Of a stretch of 64,000 nt of DNA, positions 47,447 through 55,583 are shown piece after piece (position 1 is the stretch's first letter; each line of letters begins with the position of its first letter). The notes below the pieces were generated by a model. It was not told the origin of the DNA. It saw only the letters and a list, made by a program, of their open reading frames with translations, and did no database searches. Source of the stretch: an uncultured virus (IMG/VR IMGVR_UViG_3300031566_000024) (Duplodnaviria; Heunggongvirae; Uroviricota; Caudoviricetes). A program made the position numbers and the translations under genes. The DNA lies in IMG/VR virus record IMGVR_UViG_3300031566_000024; one strand, 5' to 3'.

Positions 47447-47938
47447 CAATTAACGATGACAAGGGAAACCAGGGAGACGGCAAGATGAAAAACTTAGTGA
47501 AAATTATTTTTATAACGATCGTGAATAATCTCACTAAGAAAAATAATTTTGTAATAAAATCCTTTACGACACGTGTGCTTACAGTTTATGATGGTTTATG
47601 GCCTGTAAAAAACACTACTTCGGAAGCAGGAACGGTGACAAGGCTGATAACCGTAAACCGTGATAGCAAAAGGATTGCTAATACCATTCGTATCAATGGT
47701 CTACCTGGTTATGGTTAATTGAGGTTTAGCATGGTCTGTGATTTTGGATCAGTTCGGTGGGTGTCATACACTTTCCGGAAGGCAAAATCTAGAATCGGAT
47801 TGACTTCTGTTGTGTTTGTGCAACGTGCAACGTCGCATGATAAACATGATGGGAAAAATCAGGATCTTGTTGAAGGGGTTCGGGGTGGTGCTGCCAGGTC
47901 TCACCCCGAAAAACCTTTAACGAATGATTATTTTTTTT
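47447..47938 (+). ncRNA. Candidate large structured ncRNA (~490 nt)
   Basis: Long-range and nested helices throughout; begins at the expected +1; ends in a long hairpin plus T8. Confidence 0.75.
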
Positions 47939-47951
47939 GTAGGGTGGTCAT

Positions 47952-48137
47952 GTGTCTAATATTTGGAATGATGGGATTTGTAATGCGTGTGGTGCAGTAG
48001 TTGAAGAAATGTCAAGTGCAAGACTTGGTCAAGGTTTTGATTATCAAAATAGGTGTACCAATTGCAAATGTGTTAACCATTGCTGGCATCATTGCGGAGA
48101 TATGGAAGAACTTGATTATTACAAGCATAATCAATAA
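47952..48137 (+). CDS. Small Cys/His-rich protein
   Basis: GGGTGG RBS, GTG start; CNACG, CTNCKC, HCWHHC. Confidence 0.6.
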   Translation: MSNIWNDGICNACGAVVEEMSSARLGQGFDYQNRCTNCKCVNHCWHHCGDMEELDYYKHNQ

Positions 48138-48232
48138 GTGTATTGACAGAGTAGTATGGTACTAACGCTACCGTTCAGGCCTTACAAGCTTGGTAAATCG
48201 GATGGTTTGTACTGTACTCTGTGAATGCACTT
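48136..48232 (+). ncRNA. 97-nt rod-like RNA with an apical anticodon-like loop
   Basis: AAGTGTATT/AATGCACTT, ACAGAGTA/TACTCTGT, TGGTAC/GTACTG stems; apex CAGGC-CTTACAA-GCTTG. Confidence 0.55.
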
Positions 48233-48251
48233 GTATTTAAAGCCTGTTAAA

Positions 48252-48325
48252 CGGGGTATATGTATGATTTGGTGTAATAAACAGGTCGTACCTGTTTATC
48301 GGAGGTTCAAGTCCTCCCGCCCCGA
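48252..48325 (+). tRNA. Atypical tRNA-like gene, anticodon CGT (Thr) on a Pro-like acceptor stem
   Basis: CGGGGTA/CGCCCCG acceptor, GGAGG-TTCAAGT-CCTCC T-arm, AACAG-GTCGTAC-CTGTT anticodon arm, poorly paired D-arm. Confidence 0.6.
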
Positions 48326-48378
48326 ATACATACAGTCTGCCAGGTAGGCAGACTGTATAATCTAAAGTTTTTTTCAAA

Positions 48379-48471
48379 CGGGCTGTGGTCTAATTGGGAG
48401 CGGCTATCTGATCCATAGCAGTAAGACAAGGGCAAACGCCTTTATTGTGAGTTCGAATCTTACCGGTCCGA
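48379..48471 (+). tRNA. Atypical tRNA-like gene, anticodon GAT (Ile) with C37 and long variable arm
   Basis: CGGGCTG/CGGTCCG acceptor, GCTAT-CTGATCC-ATAGC anticodon arm, 27-nt variable arm, GTGAG-TTCGAAT-CTTAC T-arm. Confidence 0.65.
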
Positions 48472-48540
48472 TTGAAAAAACAGTATTGCTAATTTTTAAT
48501 TTCATTAATACTTATGGGGTGTCACTCTCATAAGTATTAT

Positions 48541-48611
48541 GGCCTAATAATCTAATGGTAGGATATTAGATTTTCGATCTAAGTACCGGGGTTCGACTCC
48601 CTGTTAGGCTA
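48541..48611 (+). tRNA. tRNA-Glu (TTC)
   Basis: GGCCTAA/TTAGGCT acceptor, ATCT/GGAT D-stem, TTAGA-TTTTCGA-TCTAA anticodon arm, CGGGG-TTCGACT-CCCTG T-arm; no encoded CCA. Confidence 0.9.
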
Positions 48612-48613
48612 AT

Positions 48614-48849
48614 GAACAAGCACGAACTGAGCAATAGGAATTATGATAAACGACACACTTTAAGTTTTTAATTCCTCCCTTTTGAGCTATACGAGAACAA
48701 GGTAGACACAAAAGGGCAGCGTGTTACGTGGGTGGCGAAGGAAAGTCGATGACTAAACCCGTTTACCGCTAGACGAACAAGCGGAAATCTAATTAGTACA
48801 AAGCAGGATTATACCCGCGCCTGTTGAAATAATGGCGGGTACATTTTTT
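48614..48849 (+). ncRNA. Candidate multi-stem ncRNA with terminator
   Basis: AGGAATTA/TAATTCCT, CCCTTTTG/CAAAAGGG, CCGCT/AGCGG stems; TACCCGC/GCGGGTA plus T run. Confidence 0.6.
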
Positions 48850-48890
48850 AAAAATTATATTTATATATGGCTACTCCTTTTAATTTATTT

Positions 48891-49032
48891 TACCGGTTAC
48901 ATATATTGATAATATGTAACCGGGTTATTTTACACGCAATCTCTTTTTGAGATCATTATATATATTCCATTTTAGTCAGTTCTTTTTTGCCGGTTGTTAT
49001 TTATCCTTTTTGTAATAACCGGTTATTTTTTT
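48891..49032 (+). terminator. Two further terminator-like hairpins
   Basis: CCGGTTACATAT/ATATGTAACCGG and CCGGTTGTTAT/GTAATAACCGG, each followed by a T-rich tail. Confidence 0.7.
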
Positions 49033-49049
49033 CTTAAAGTGAGACGTTA

Positions 49050-50522
49050 ATGAATTTTACGATTGATAGAGTTGACAATAAAAAATTAAAAATGCTTGTT
49101 ATATCAATGATAGTGTCAACAAAAGTGTGCAGTGAAATTATACCTGTACTGAGAGTTAATCTTGATTTATTTTACGAGGTGTTCGAAAGTTTCTATAAGC
49201 CGGTTGTAACCTGGATCATTGAATTTTACGAACTTACAGAGAAAGCACCAGAAAAACATATACAAAATATATTTGACGACAAATCAGAAAAACTTGAAGG
49301 TACTGAGAAAAGTTTAATTCAGACTTTTCTGAAAACTCTTAATGATGAATATGTGAAATATGAAAAATACAATGAAGATTACGCAATTGATCAGGCAAAA
49401 ATATACTTGCGTGAAGCGAATCTGGCATTACTCACAAAAAAAATAAGTGCTGCAACAAAAGCAGGGAAACTAGATGATGCTGAAAATTATATTGCAACAT
49501 ATAACCAGATCGAAGCCAAAACACAGATATGCCAAGAGACGTCTATTGTGTATGGTAAAGAATTTTGGGATGATGATCCGGATAACAATCCCGATTCACT
49601 TTTTATAATGCCTGGTGCACTGGGCGACATTGCAGGCCCATTTGCACGCGGTGATTTTGTAGCGTTTAACGGCCCCAAAAAGCGCGGGAAATCATTCTGG
49701 CTCAAGCAAATAGCAATATGGGCGATGGAAAGTAATCTCAATGTAATCTATTTCAATATGGAAATGGCACATAAGAAATGCATACGCAGATTTAGACAAT
49801 ATTTCAGTGCCGAAACTCTACGATTGAAAGATAAAAAAACTGGATATGATGAAATCAGAATTCCGAAATTCATTGAAGCGGGTGACGAGTCTGGACAATG
49901 GGAAATGTCATACACAATGAAAAAGAAAAAGGGTGTAACAAAAGAGAAATCTAAAAATAAACAAAAACAATTACAAATCAAATACAGGGGCGATATCCGA
50001 TTCATTACGTATGCAGCAAACTCATTAACGCTGTCTATTGCTGATAAGAAAATTGACGAGTATTTCAACAATGGCTTTGTTGCAGACGTGATAATATTTG
50101 ACTCAATGGATTTGTTGAAATCTGGAAAACGGGACCAGGTACGGCAGGAAATCAATGAAAAATGGGGTGTAGGTCGAGAACTCGCACAAAAAAAACACGC
50201 GTTAATTGTTACAGTATCGCATACAAACAAGGAAACTAATAAAAGAGCTATTACAGGTTCGGACTTTCAAGAGGATGATAGAAAAGGCAATTGGTTAACT
50301 GCTGGATTTGGGCTTAACCAAACAGAGGATGAAAAAGAGACCGGTATTATGCGCGTGAATTGTTTAGTGAGTCGTGACAATTTTTTCACATCAAAAAATT
50401 TTGTATATGTTTTGGAGTGTCGAGATATTGGGAAAATTTATCTGGATTCAAGACATCAATGGGAAATAAAAAATAATGAGAGGAGTAGCAATGAAAATAA
50501 GCAAAAGCCAGCTTATCAGTAA
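49050..50522 (+). CDS. Replicative helicase (DnaB-like)
   Basis: GPKKRGKS Walker A, FNMEM, IIFDSMD, TVSH, EDDRK, GLNQT..EK..G.MR. Confidence 0.9.
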   Translation: MNFTIDRVDNKKLKMLVISMIVSTKVCSEIIPVLRVNLDLFYEVFESFYKPVVTWIIEFYELTEKAPEKHIQNIFDDKSEKLEGTEKSLIQTFLKTLNDEYVKYEKYNEDYAIDQAKIYLREANLALLTKKISAATKAGKLDDAENYIATYNQIEAKTQICQETSIVYGKEFWDDDPDNNPDSLFIMPGALGDIAGPFARGDFVAFNGPKKRGKSFWLKQIAIWAMESNLNVIYFNMEMAHKKCIRRFRQYFSAETLRLKDKKTGYDEIRIPKFIEAGDESGQWEMSYTMKKKKGVTKEKSKNKQKQLQIKYRGDIRFITYAANSLTLSIADKKIDEYFNNGFVADVIIFDSMDLLKSGKRDQVRQEINEKWGVGRELAQKKHALIVTVSHTNKETNKRAITGSDFQEDDRKGNWLTAGFGLNQTEDEKETGIMRVNCLVSRDNFFTSKNFVYVLECRDIGKIYLDSRHQWEIKNNERSSNENKQKPAYQ

Positions 50523-51552
50523 GATAGGCTTTTTTAAAAAACTAAAAAACCAGGCGGATGATAACCGTATATACATAGATGGTTCTGCTATGTACAAAGA
50601 CGGTAGAATTTCTTTTTTGGTTGTACAGTTAGAAACTGAAAATTTAAAAAAATATGTAATACCATACGCAGAATTTGTGAAGTTTCTTGACCGGGTGAAG
50701 GCCGACAAAGGCGATGAGATTACAATCGAGTATAACGAAGAAGGTACACAATTACAAATCAAATGTGGGCGGAAATGCTGTAATTTACCGGTTCTTAAAT
50801 GGGATGAGAAAAACGATAAAAAGATTGAAACATTTTACGATATACAACAAGGAAACGAGCTGTCTGTTGATTTTGTACAGGCGTTACAGCACTGTAAGGG
50901 CACAATTGACAAACAACGCGGCACGCCTAATAATAATATTGTAGTCGAAAAAGATTACACATGGTCATTCAACAGATACGCTTTTGCTAGGATGAAAAAT
51001 AATATAAGTTGTTTGGACACTTTGTACATTCCCGTTGAATATGTAGATATCTTAACGGTTTTGGGGCCCGTTAAAATTAGTCAAACAAAAAATGGCTTAT
51101 TTTTTGCAAGTGCTGGTAATGATATATTACAAATACACCAACCTGCATATCAAAGCCAGCATACCCCGAAAGATTTTTTCGATAAAATCACCATGTCGCC
51201 GGACATCTTCGACAGTAAAGCGTTGTTAGATGGAATTAGAACAGCCGAAATACTTGTTGAAAAAGAAGAAATTAAGCGTAGGAAGGTACTACTCAATTTT
51301 CAATTGGAAAAAATAACAATTACCGCTGAAAATGATAGCAGTAGTATTCTGTGTGAAATTTCACACAAGAGCCGGACGCTACAAAAAATTATTATAGACC
51401 CTGTAAATTTCACAAAGGGCATAAGTTTGTGTGAAAAAAATAATGTAATCAATATAATTTTTCATGATATTAACGAAAAAGCCGGATACGTGTTGTTTAC
51501 CAATGATAACAAAGAATATTTGGCAACTTATGAGAGAGTTATTAATGAATGA
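50491..51552 (+). CDS. Putative sliding clamp (beta-clamp-like)
   Basis: About 350 aa, alternating alpha/beta pattern, next to polymerase and clamp loader; AGGAG RBS. Confidence 0.55.
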   Translation: MKISKSQLISKIGFFKKLKNQADDNRIYIDGSAMYKDGRISFLVVQLETENLKKYVIPYAEFVKFLDRVKADKGDEITIEYNEEGTQLQIKCGRKCCNLPVLKWDEKNDKKIETFYDIQQGNELSVDFVQALQHCKGTIDKQRGTPNNNIVVEKDYTWSFNRYAFARMKNNISCLDTLYIPVEYVDILTVLGPVKISQTKNGLFFASAGNDILQIHQPAYQSQHTPKDFFDKITMSPDIFDSKALLDGIRTAEILVEKEEIKRRKVLLNFQLEKITITAENDSSSILCEISHKSRTLQKIIIDPVNFTKGISLCEKNNVINIIFHDINEKAGYVLFTNDNKEYLATYERVINE

Positions 51553-54106
51553 AGGGTTTTTTGATTTTGAAAAAGCACAAGCGGAAATAAAGGAGCTTTC
51601 CTCCATACGCTCGGATACTCTAAAAAAAAGTGTCTGTGAAAAATGTAAACTTTGTAAAAATCAAATTCCAAAAATGGACGCAATCGGGAAAGGGAAAAAA
51701 AAGATTCTTATTGTAACTAATAATCCCGAATGTATTGATGGTCAGATAGAAAAAGAAAAGCTTAGAAACATTCTAAAAGCAGAAAATATTGATTTGAATA
51801 AAGATTGTTGGTACGCATACGCGGTAAAGTGTTACACCGATACTGTATCAATTGCGCGGGTTAAGCACTGCAAACAATTTCTAATTGATCAAATAGAAGA
51901 ACTTAAACCCCATAAGATACTTATACTCGGTAAGGCCAGTATGCAGGCATTGTATTGTGATGAAATCACTATTAGCGATATGGAAAGATATTACCAGGCT
52001 GAAATTCCTTGTCAAAAATACAAAGCTTTTGTATATCCGTTCTATTCAATTGAATATATGGATTACCAGAAAAATACGATACTATGGGGCCGCTTCAAAA
52101 AAACAATACACAGGTTAGCAGTAAGAAAAATTGAAGATTTTAAAGATTATGGTGATTTAAAAAAAGATTACAATCATTTACTGTCAACTGATCTAGTCAA
52201 AATCAAAAAGTTTTTGGCTAAAATCATTCCAAATCAAGACCCTCTGTTTTTTGATTACGAGACAACCGGATTAAAGCCGCACGCACCAGGGCATGAAATA
52301 ATCTGTGTATCTATGCAGCAGGGTAAAAACGCGCTGGCATTTCCAATGTATGATGAGTTAAAGCCAATAATAGCCGAAATTTTATTCGATAAAAAGATTA
52401 AAAAAGTGGCGCACAACATGGCTTTTGAAGATGATTGGAGTTATTTCATTTTGAATACCAATGTAAATGGGTGGTTTTGGGATACACAATTAACTGCACA
52501 TGTTATAGACAACCGGCAATATTTTACCAGTCTCAAACATCAAGTGTTTTTGAATTGCGGTGTTTTGGGATATGAAAAAGAAGTATCCACACACATAAAG
52601 TCTACGAACGGTACTGCCAATGGGTTCAATCGCATGAAAGAGCTTGATATTGAAAAAGTATTACTTTATTGTTTCTTTGATACTATGTTTATGGCGGATT
52701 TATACCCCTATCAAAAAGCCATTATAAAAAAAGACAAACATCTTGCAAAAGGAAATAAATTTTTATTACGTTCCATGAGAGGTTTAAATTGTGTACAAAA
52801 AGCGGGAATTTGTGTGGACATGGTACAAATACTTAAAAATGAAGAATCGTTAAATAAGCGGTTGTTTTCGATCAATGAGAGTATACAAAAATGTAAGGAA
52901 GTCAAAAAGCTTAATTTGCCGCCTGGTCAAAAGTTCGACCATACTAGCAATAATAAATTGAAAGACCTATTATACTGTGTGCTAGGCTATGAGACAGAAA
53001 ATGCTACTACCGGTGGGGCGAAGTCAGTAGAAAAAGAAGCACTTGAAAAGATCAATTCTGAATTGTGTAAGTTGGTGTTGGAGTACAGACGATTATTCAA
53101 AGCATTGTCTTACGTATTACAGCTCAAAAGGGAGGCAGTAGAGATTGAAGGACTTTGGAAAATATTCCCGATGTACAGGCTGTCGGGTGTAGTAACATAT
53201 CGCGGTAGTGCAAGTAATCCCAGTTGGCAGAATATACCGGTTCGAGATCCGGAAATTAAGAAACTCATTAGAGGTTGCGTAATTCCGAGTCCTAACAATC
53301 AAATAGCGGAAGCGGATTACTCAGCCATTGAGGTTGCCGCAAGTGCCTGCTACAACGAAGATCCAAAATTGATAGAGTATGTAACTGATCCCACAAAAGA
53401 TATGCATAGAGACGTTGCATCGTTGGTTTTTGGTTGCAAGCCGGAAGAGGTTTCAAAACCAATGAGGCAAATGGTTAAGGGCGGTTTTGTATTCAGTCAA
53501 TTCTACGGTGATTGGTGGAAACAATGTGCGGAAAATATGTGGATTGAAATGACATCGGAATTTAAGAAAATTTTAAAAGCCAATACGGGAATTTCAACAC
53601 TCGGAAAATTAAAATATAATGATCGTGGGTACATTGATAAGGCGGCCGGATTTTATAATCATATTCAAGAAATTGAATATGATTTTTGGTACAAAAGATT
53701 TAGGGTGTATAACCAATGGAAAAAGGATAATTGGACGGCTTACCAGAAAAATGGATATGTAGAATTAAAAACCGGTTTTCGAATGACCACTATTCAAAAA
53801 CGAACTAAAGTTAATAATGGATGTATACAAGGAAGTGCCTTTCATATATTATTATGGAGCCTTTACGAAATTGTAAAGTATCTAAAAAAAGGAAATTATA
53901 AGACTTGTATAATTGGACAAATACATGACTCACTAATTTTTGATTTTGCGCCGGGTGAGCGGGAAGAGCTTTTACCTGCGATAAAATATATAATGGAAAA
54001 AAAAATTAAAAAACATTGGAAATGGATTATTATACCGCTGCGTGTAGAGTTTGAAATTACACCGGTAAATGGTTCATGGGATCAAAAAAAGGAGATAACA
54101 GAATGA
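51545..54106 (+). CDS. polA: Family A DNA polymerase with N-terminal UDG-like and 3'-5' exonuclease domains
   Basis: CEKCKLC, KP.KIL.LG; DYETTGL, HNMAFE, DT; ADYSAIE, R...K....F..FYG, IQGSA, QIHDS. Confidence 0.93.
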   Translation: MNEGFFDFEKAQAEIKELSSIRSDTLKKSVCEKCKLCKNQIPKMDAIGKGKKKILIVTNNPECIDGQIEKEKLRNILKAENIDLNKDCWYAYAVKCYTDTVSIARVKHCKQFLIDQIEELKPHKILILGKASMQALYCDEITISDMERYYQAEIPCQKYKAFVYPFYSIEYMDYQKNTILWGRFKKTIHRLAVRKIEDFKDYGDLKKDYNHLLSTDLVKIKKFLAKIIPNQDPLFFDYETTGLKPHAPGHEIICVSMQQGKNALAFPMYDELKPIIAEILFDKKIKKVAHNMAFEDDWSYFILNTNVNGWFWDTQLTAHVIDNRQYFTSLKHQVFLNCGVLGYEKEVSTHIKSTNGTANGFNRMKELDIEKVLLYCFFDTMFMADLYPYQKAIIKKDKHLAKGNKFLLRSMRGLNCVQKAGICVDMVQILKNEESLNKRLFSINESIQKCKEVKKLNLPPGQKFDHTSNNKLKDLLYCVLGYETENATTGGAKSVEKEALEKINSELCKLVLEYRRLFKALSYVLQLKREAVEIEGLWKIFPMYRLSGVVTYRGSASNPSWQNIPVRDPEIKKLIRGCVIPSPNNQIAEADYSAIEVAASACYNEDPKLIEYVTDPTKDMHRDVASLVFGCKPEEVSKPMRQMVKGGFVFSQFYGDWWKQCAENMWIEMTSEFKKILKANTGISTLGKLKYNDRGYIDKAAGFYNHIQEIEYDFWYKRFRVYNQWKKDNWTAYQKNGYVELKTGFRMTTIQKRTKVNNGCIQGSAFHILLWSLYEIVKYLKKGNYKTCIIGQIHDSLIFDFAPGEREELLPAIKYIMEKKIKKHWKWIIIPLRVEFEITPVNGSWDQKKEITE

Positions 54107-55026
54107 ATTTTGCAGTAGAAAACAGGCCGGATAATCTTGATGATTATTGGGGAAATGAAAAGACAAAAAAGATTATAACAAAAATGGCAGAAGCGGAAAC
54201 GCGTCCAACTACATACTTATTTCACGGCCCGCACGGAAGCGGTAAGACTACACTTGCAAGAATTTTCTCTAAAATGGTTAATTGTCCGGAAGACAATATT
54301 TTTGAGATTAACGCGGGTCTTGATAAGGGTATTGGTGCTGTACGAGATATGACAGACAGTGTCGCAGTTCCCACATTCGCGGGTGCAAAAAAAGTATACA
54401 TTCTTGATGAGGCGCACAATTTTACCACACAAGCCGAAGAAGGTCTATTAAAGCTATTGGAGGAGCCCCCAAAAGATGTGTATTTTGTTCTTTGTTCGAC
54501 CAATCCACAAAAAATTGTTAAGACTGTGATAAGTCGGTGTACAAAGTTTGAGATTGAAAGATTACAGGTAAAGGAGCTTACAAAGTGTTTGTTTTCTTTT
54601 GCTGAAAAAAACAATATACAGGTAACAAAAAAAATATGTAAGGCGATTGTGAAACGGGTTAATAGACATAATAGGGACGCAATCATATTACTGGAAAAGC
54701 TGTCACATCTGGAAAGCGAAGACGAACAGCAAGCGATGATTGACCAGGTAATTATTGAACTCGATGAAAAGGAAGCGATTGATTTGTGTAGAATTTTGCT
54801 TACTGGTGGTTGGAAAGATGTTGCAGAAGTGCTCGCAGCCATACCGGATACTGCAAATGTTGAAACAATAAGACTAACCATTTGTGGTTACATGCAAAAA
54901 GTGTTGCTGTATGGGGAAAAAAACACAAGAGCAGCTAATGTTTTGAATGCGTGTAAGAATGATTTTTTTAGGTCCGGTTTTTCTGGTCTCGTACATGCAT
55001 GTTATCAGGCTGTTAATGCAAAATAG
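54103..55026 (+). CDS. Clamp loader subunit (DnaX gamma/tau-like)
   Basis: RP..LD...G, GPHGSGKTT, ILDEAH, LLK.LEEPP, SRC, R.A..LL. Confidence 0.92.
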   Translation: MNFAVENRPDNLDDYWGNEKTKKIITKMAEAETRPTTYLFHGPHGSGKTTLARIFSKMVNCPEDNIFEINAGLDKGIGAVRDMTDSVAVPTFAGAKKVYILDEAHNFTTQAEEGLLKLLEEPPKDVYFVLCSTNPQKIVKTVISRCTKFEIERLQVKELTKCLFSFAEKNNIQVTKKICKAIVKRVNRHNRDAIILLEKLSHLESEDEQQAMIDQVIIELDEKEAIDLCRILLTGGWKDVAEVLAAIPDTANVETIRLTICGYMQKVLLYGEKNTRAANVLNACKNDFFRSGFSGLVHACYQAVNAK

Positions 55027-55029
55027 TTA

Positions 55030-55058
55030 TTGACATCAACAAAAATAACGGGTATAAT
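55030..55058 (+). promoter_or_regulatory. Consensus sigma70 promoter
   Basis: TTGACA, 17 bp, TATAAT. Confidence 0.88.
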
Positions 55059-55069
55059 TAGTATGGGAG

Positions 55070-55570
55070 TTGAAAATGAATGATAGAGAGATTGACATAA
55101 TAGTTAATCCAGACCAGCTTGATGAGCTTTTTGAACGTCAAGCTTTGTTGACACTACGTTATAGGGATCTTGCAGACGATTTTCTTGATGAGGTGCAGCG
55201 GTGTAAGTTGATTGTTGATAAGAAAAAAGAAGAATTAGGAATATTGGAAAATAAAATGTTTGCGCAGTTCAAAACAACTATAAAGTTGGATGGAAAAACG
55301 CCGACCGATTCATATGTTAACGCGCTGGTCAAATCCGATCCTGCACGAAAAACAATTATAGATAATCTGTATACGTTACGTGAAGAGTTGGACAAAGCGT
55401 ATTCTGATCATAGAAAAGCCGAAACAATGGTATTTGCTTTACAGGTCCGGAAAAACAGCGCCGAGCGTATCAATTCACGAATCGAACAAGGGTTATACAT
55501 TCGCGGATCTGCAAAAAAAACACAAAAAAAAATAACAAACAAAAAATTAAATAAACATTTTGAAAAATAA
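55070..55570 (+). CDS. Recombination mediator-like coiled-coil protein (UvsY-like)
   Basis: LD....Q..L..Y, K.PT...V..LV..DP, A...RK; upstream of SSB and RecA. Confidence 0.6.
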   Translation: MKMNDREIDIIVNPDQLDELFERQALLTLRYRDLADDFLDEVQRCKLIVDKKKEELGILENKMFAQFKTTIKLDGKTPTDSYVNALVKSDPARKTIIDNLYTLREELDKAYSDHRKAETMVFALQVRKNSAERINSRIEQGLYIRGSAKKTQKKITNKKLNKHFEK

Positions 55571-55583
55571 AGGAGATTGTGAA

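Noticed and set aside
47447..47938. tmRNA, RNase P RNA or group I/II intron
   Set aside because: No tRNA-like ends, RNase P P4 consensus, intron boundary motifs or interrupted gene recognised by eye
47485..48000. ORFs 47485-47718 and 47719-48000 as proteins
   Set aside because: They overlap a densely paired RNA and its terminator and show no recognisable motifs; the first has GGAG upstream, so it is not fully excluded
51464..51544. Upstream starts for polymerase, clamp loader, resolvase, SbcC and TerL given in the ORF track
   Set aside because: Downstream ATGs (51545, 54103, 57697, 58265, 61550) fit RBS position or translational coupling better
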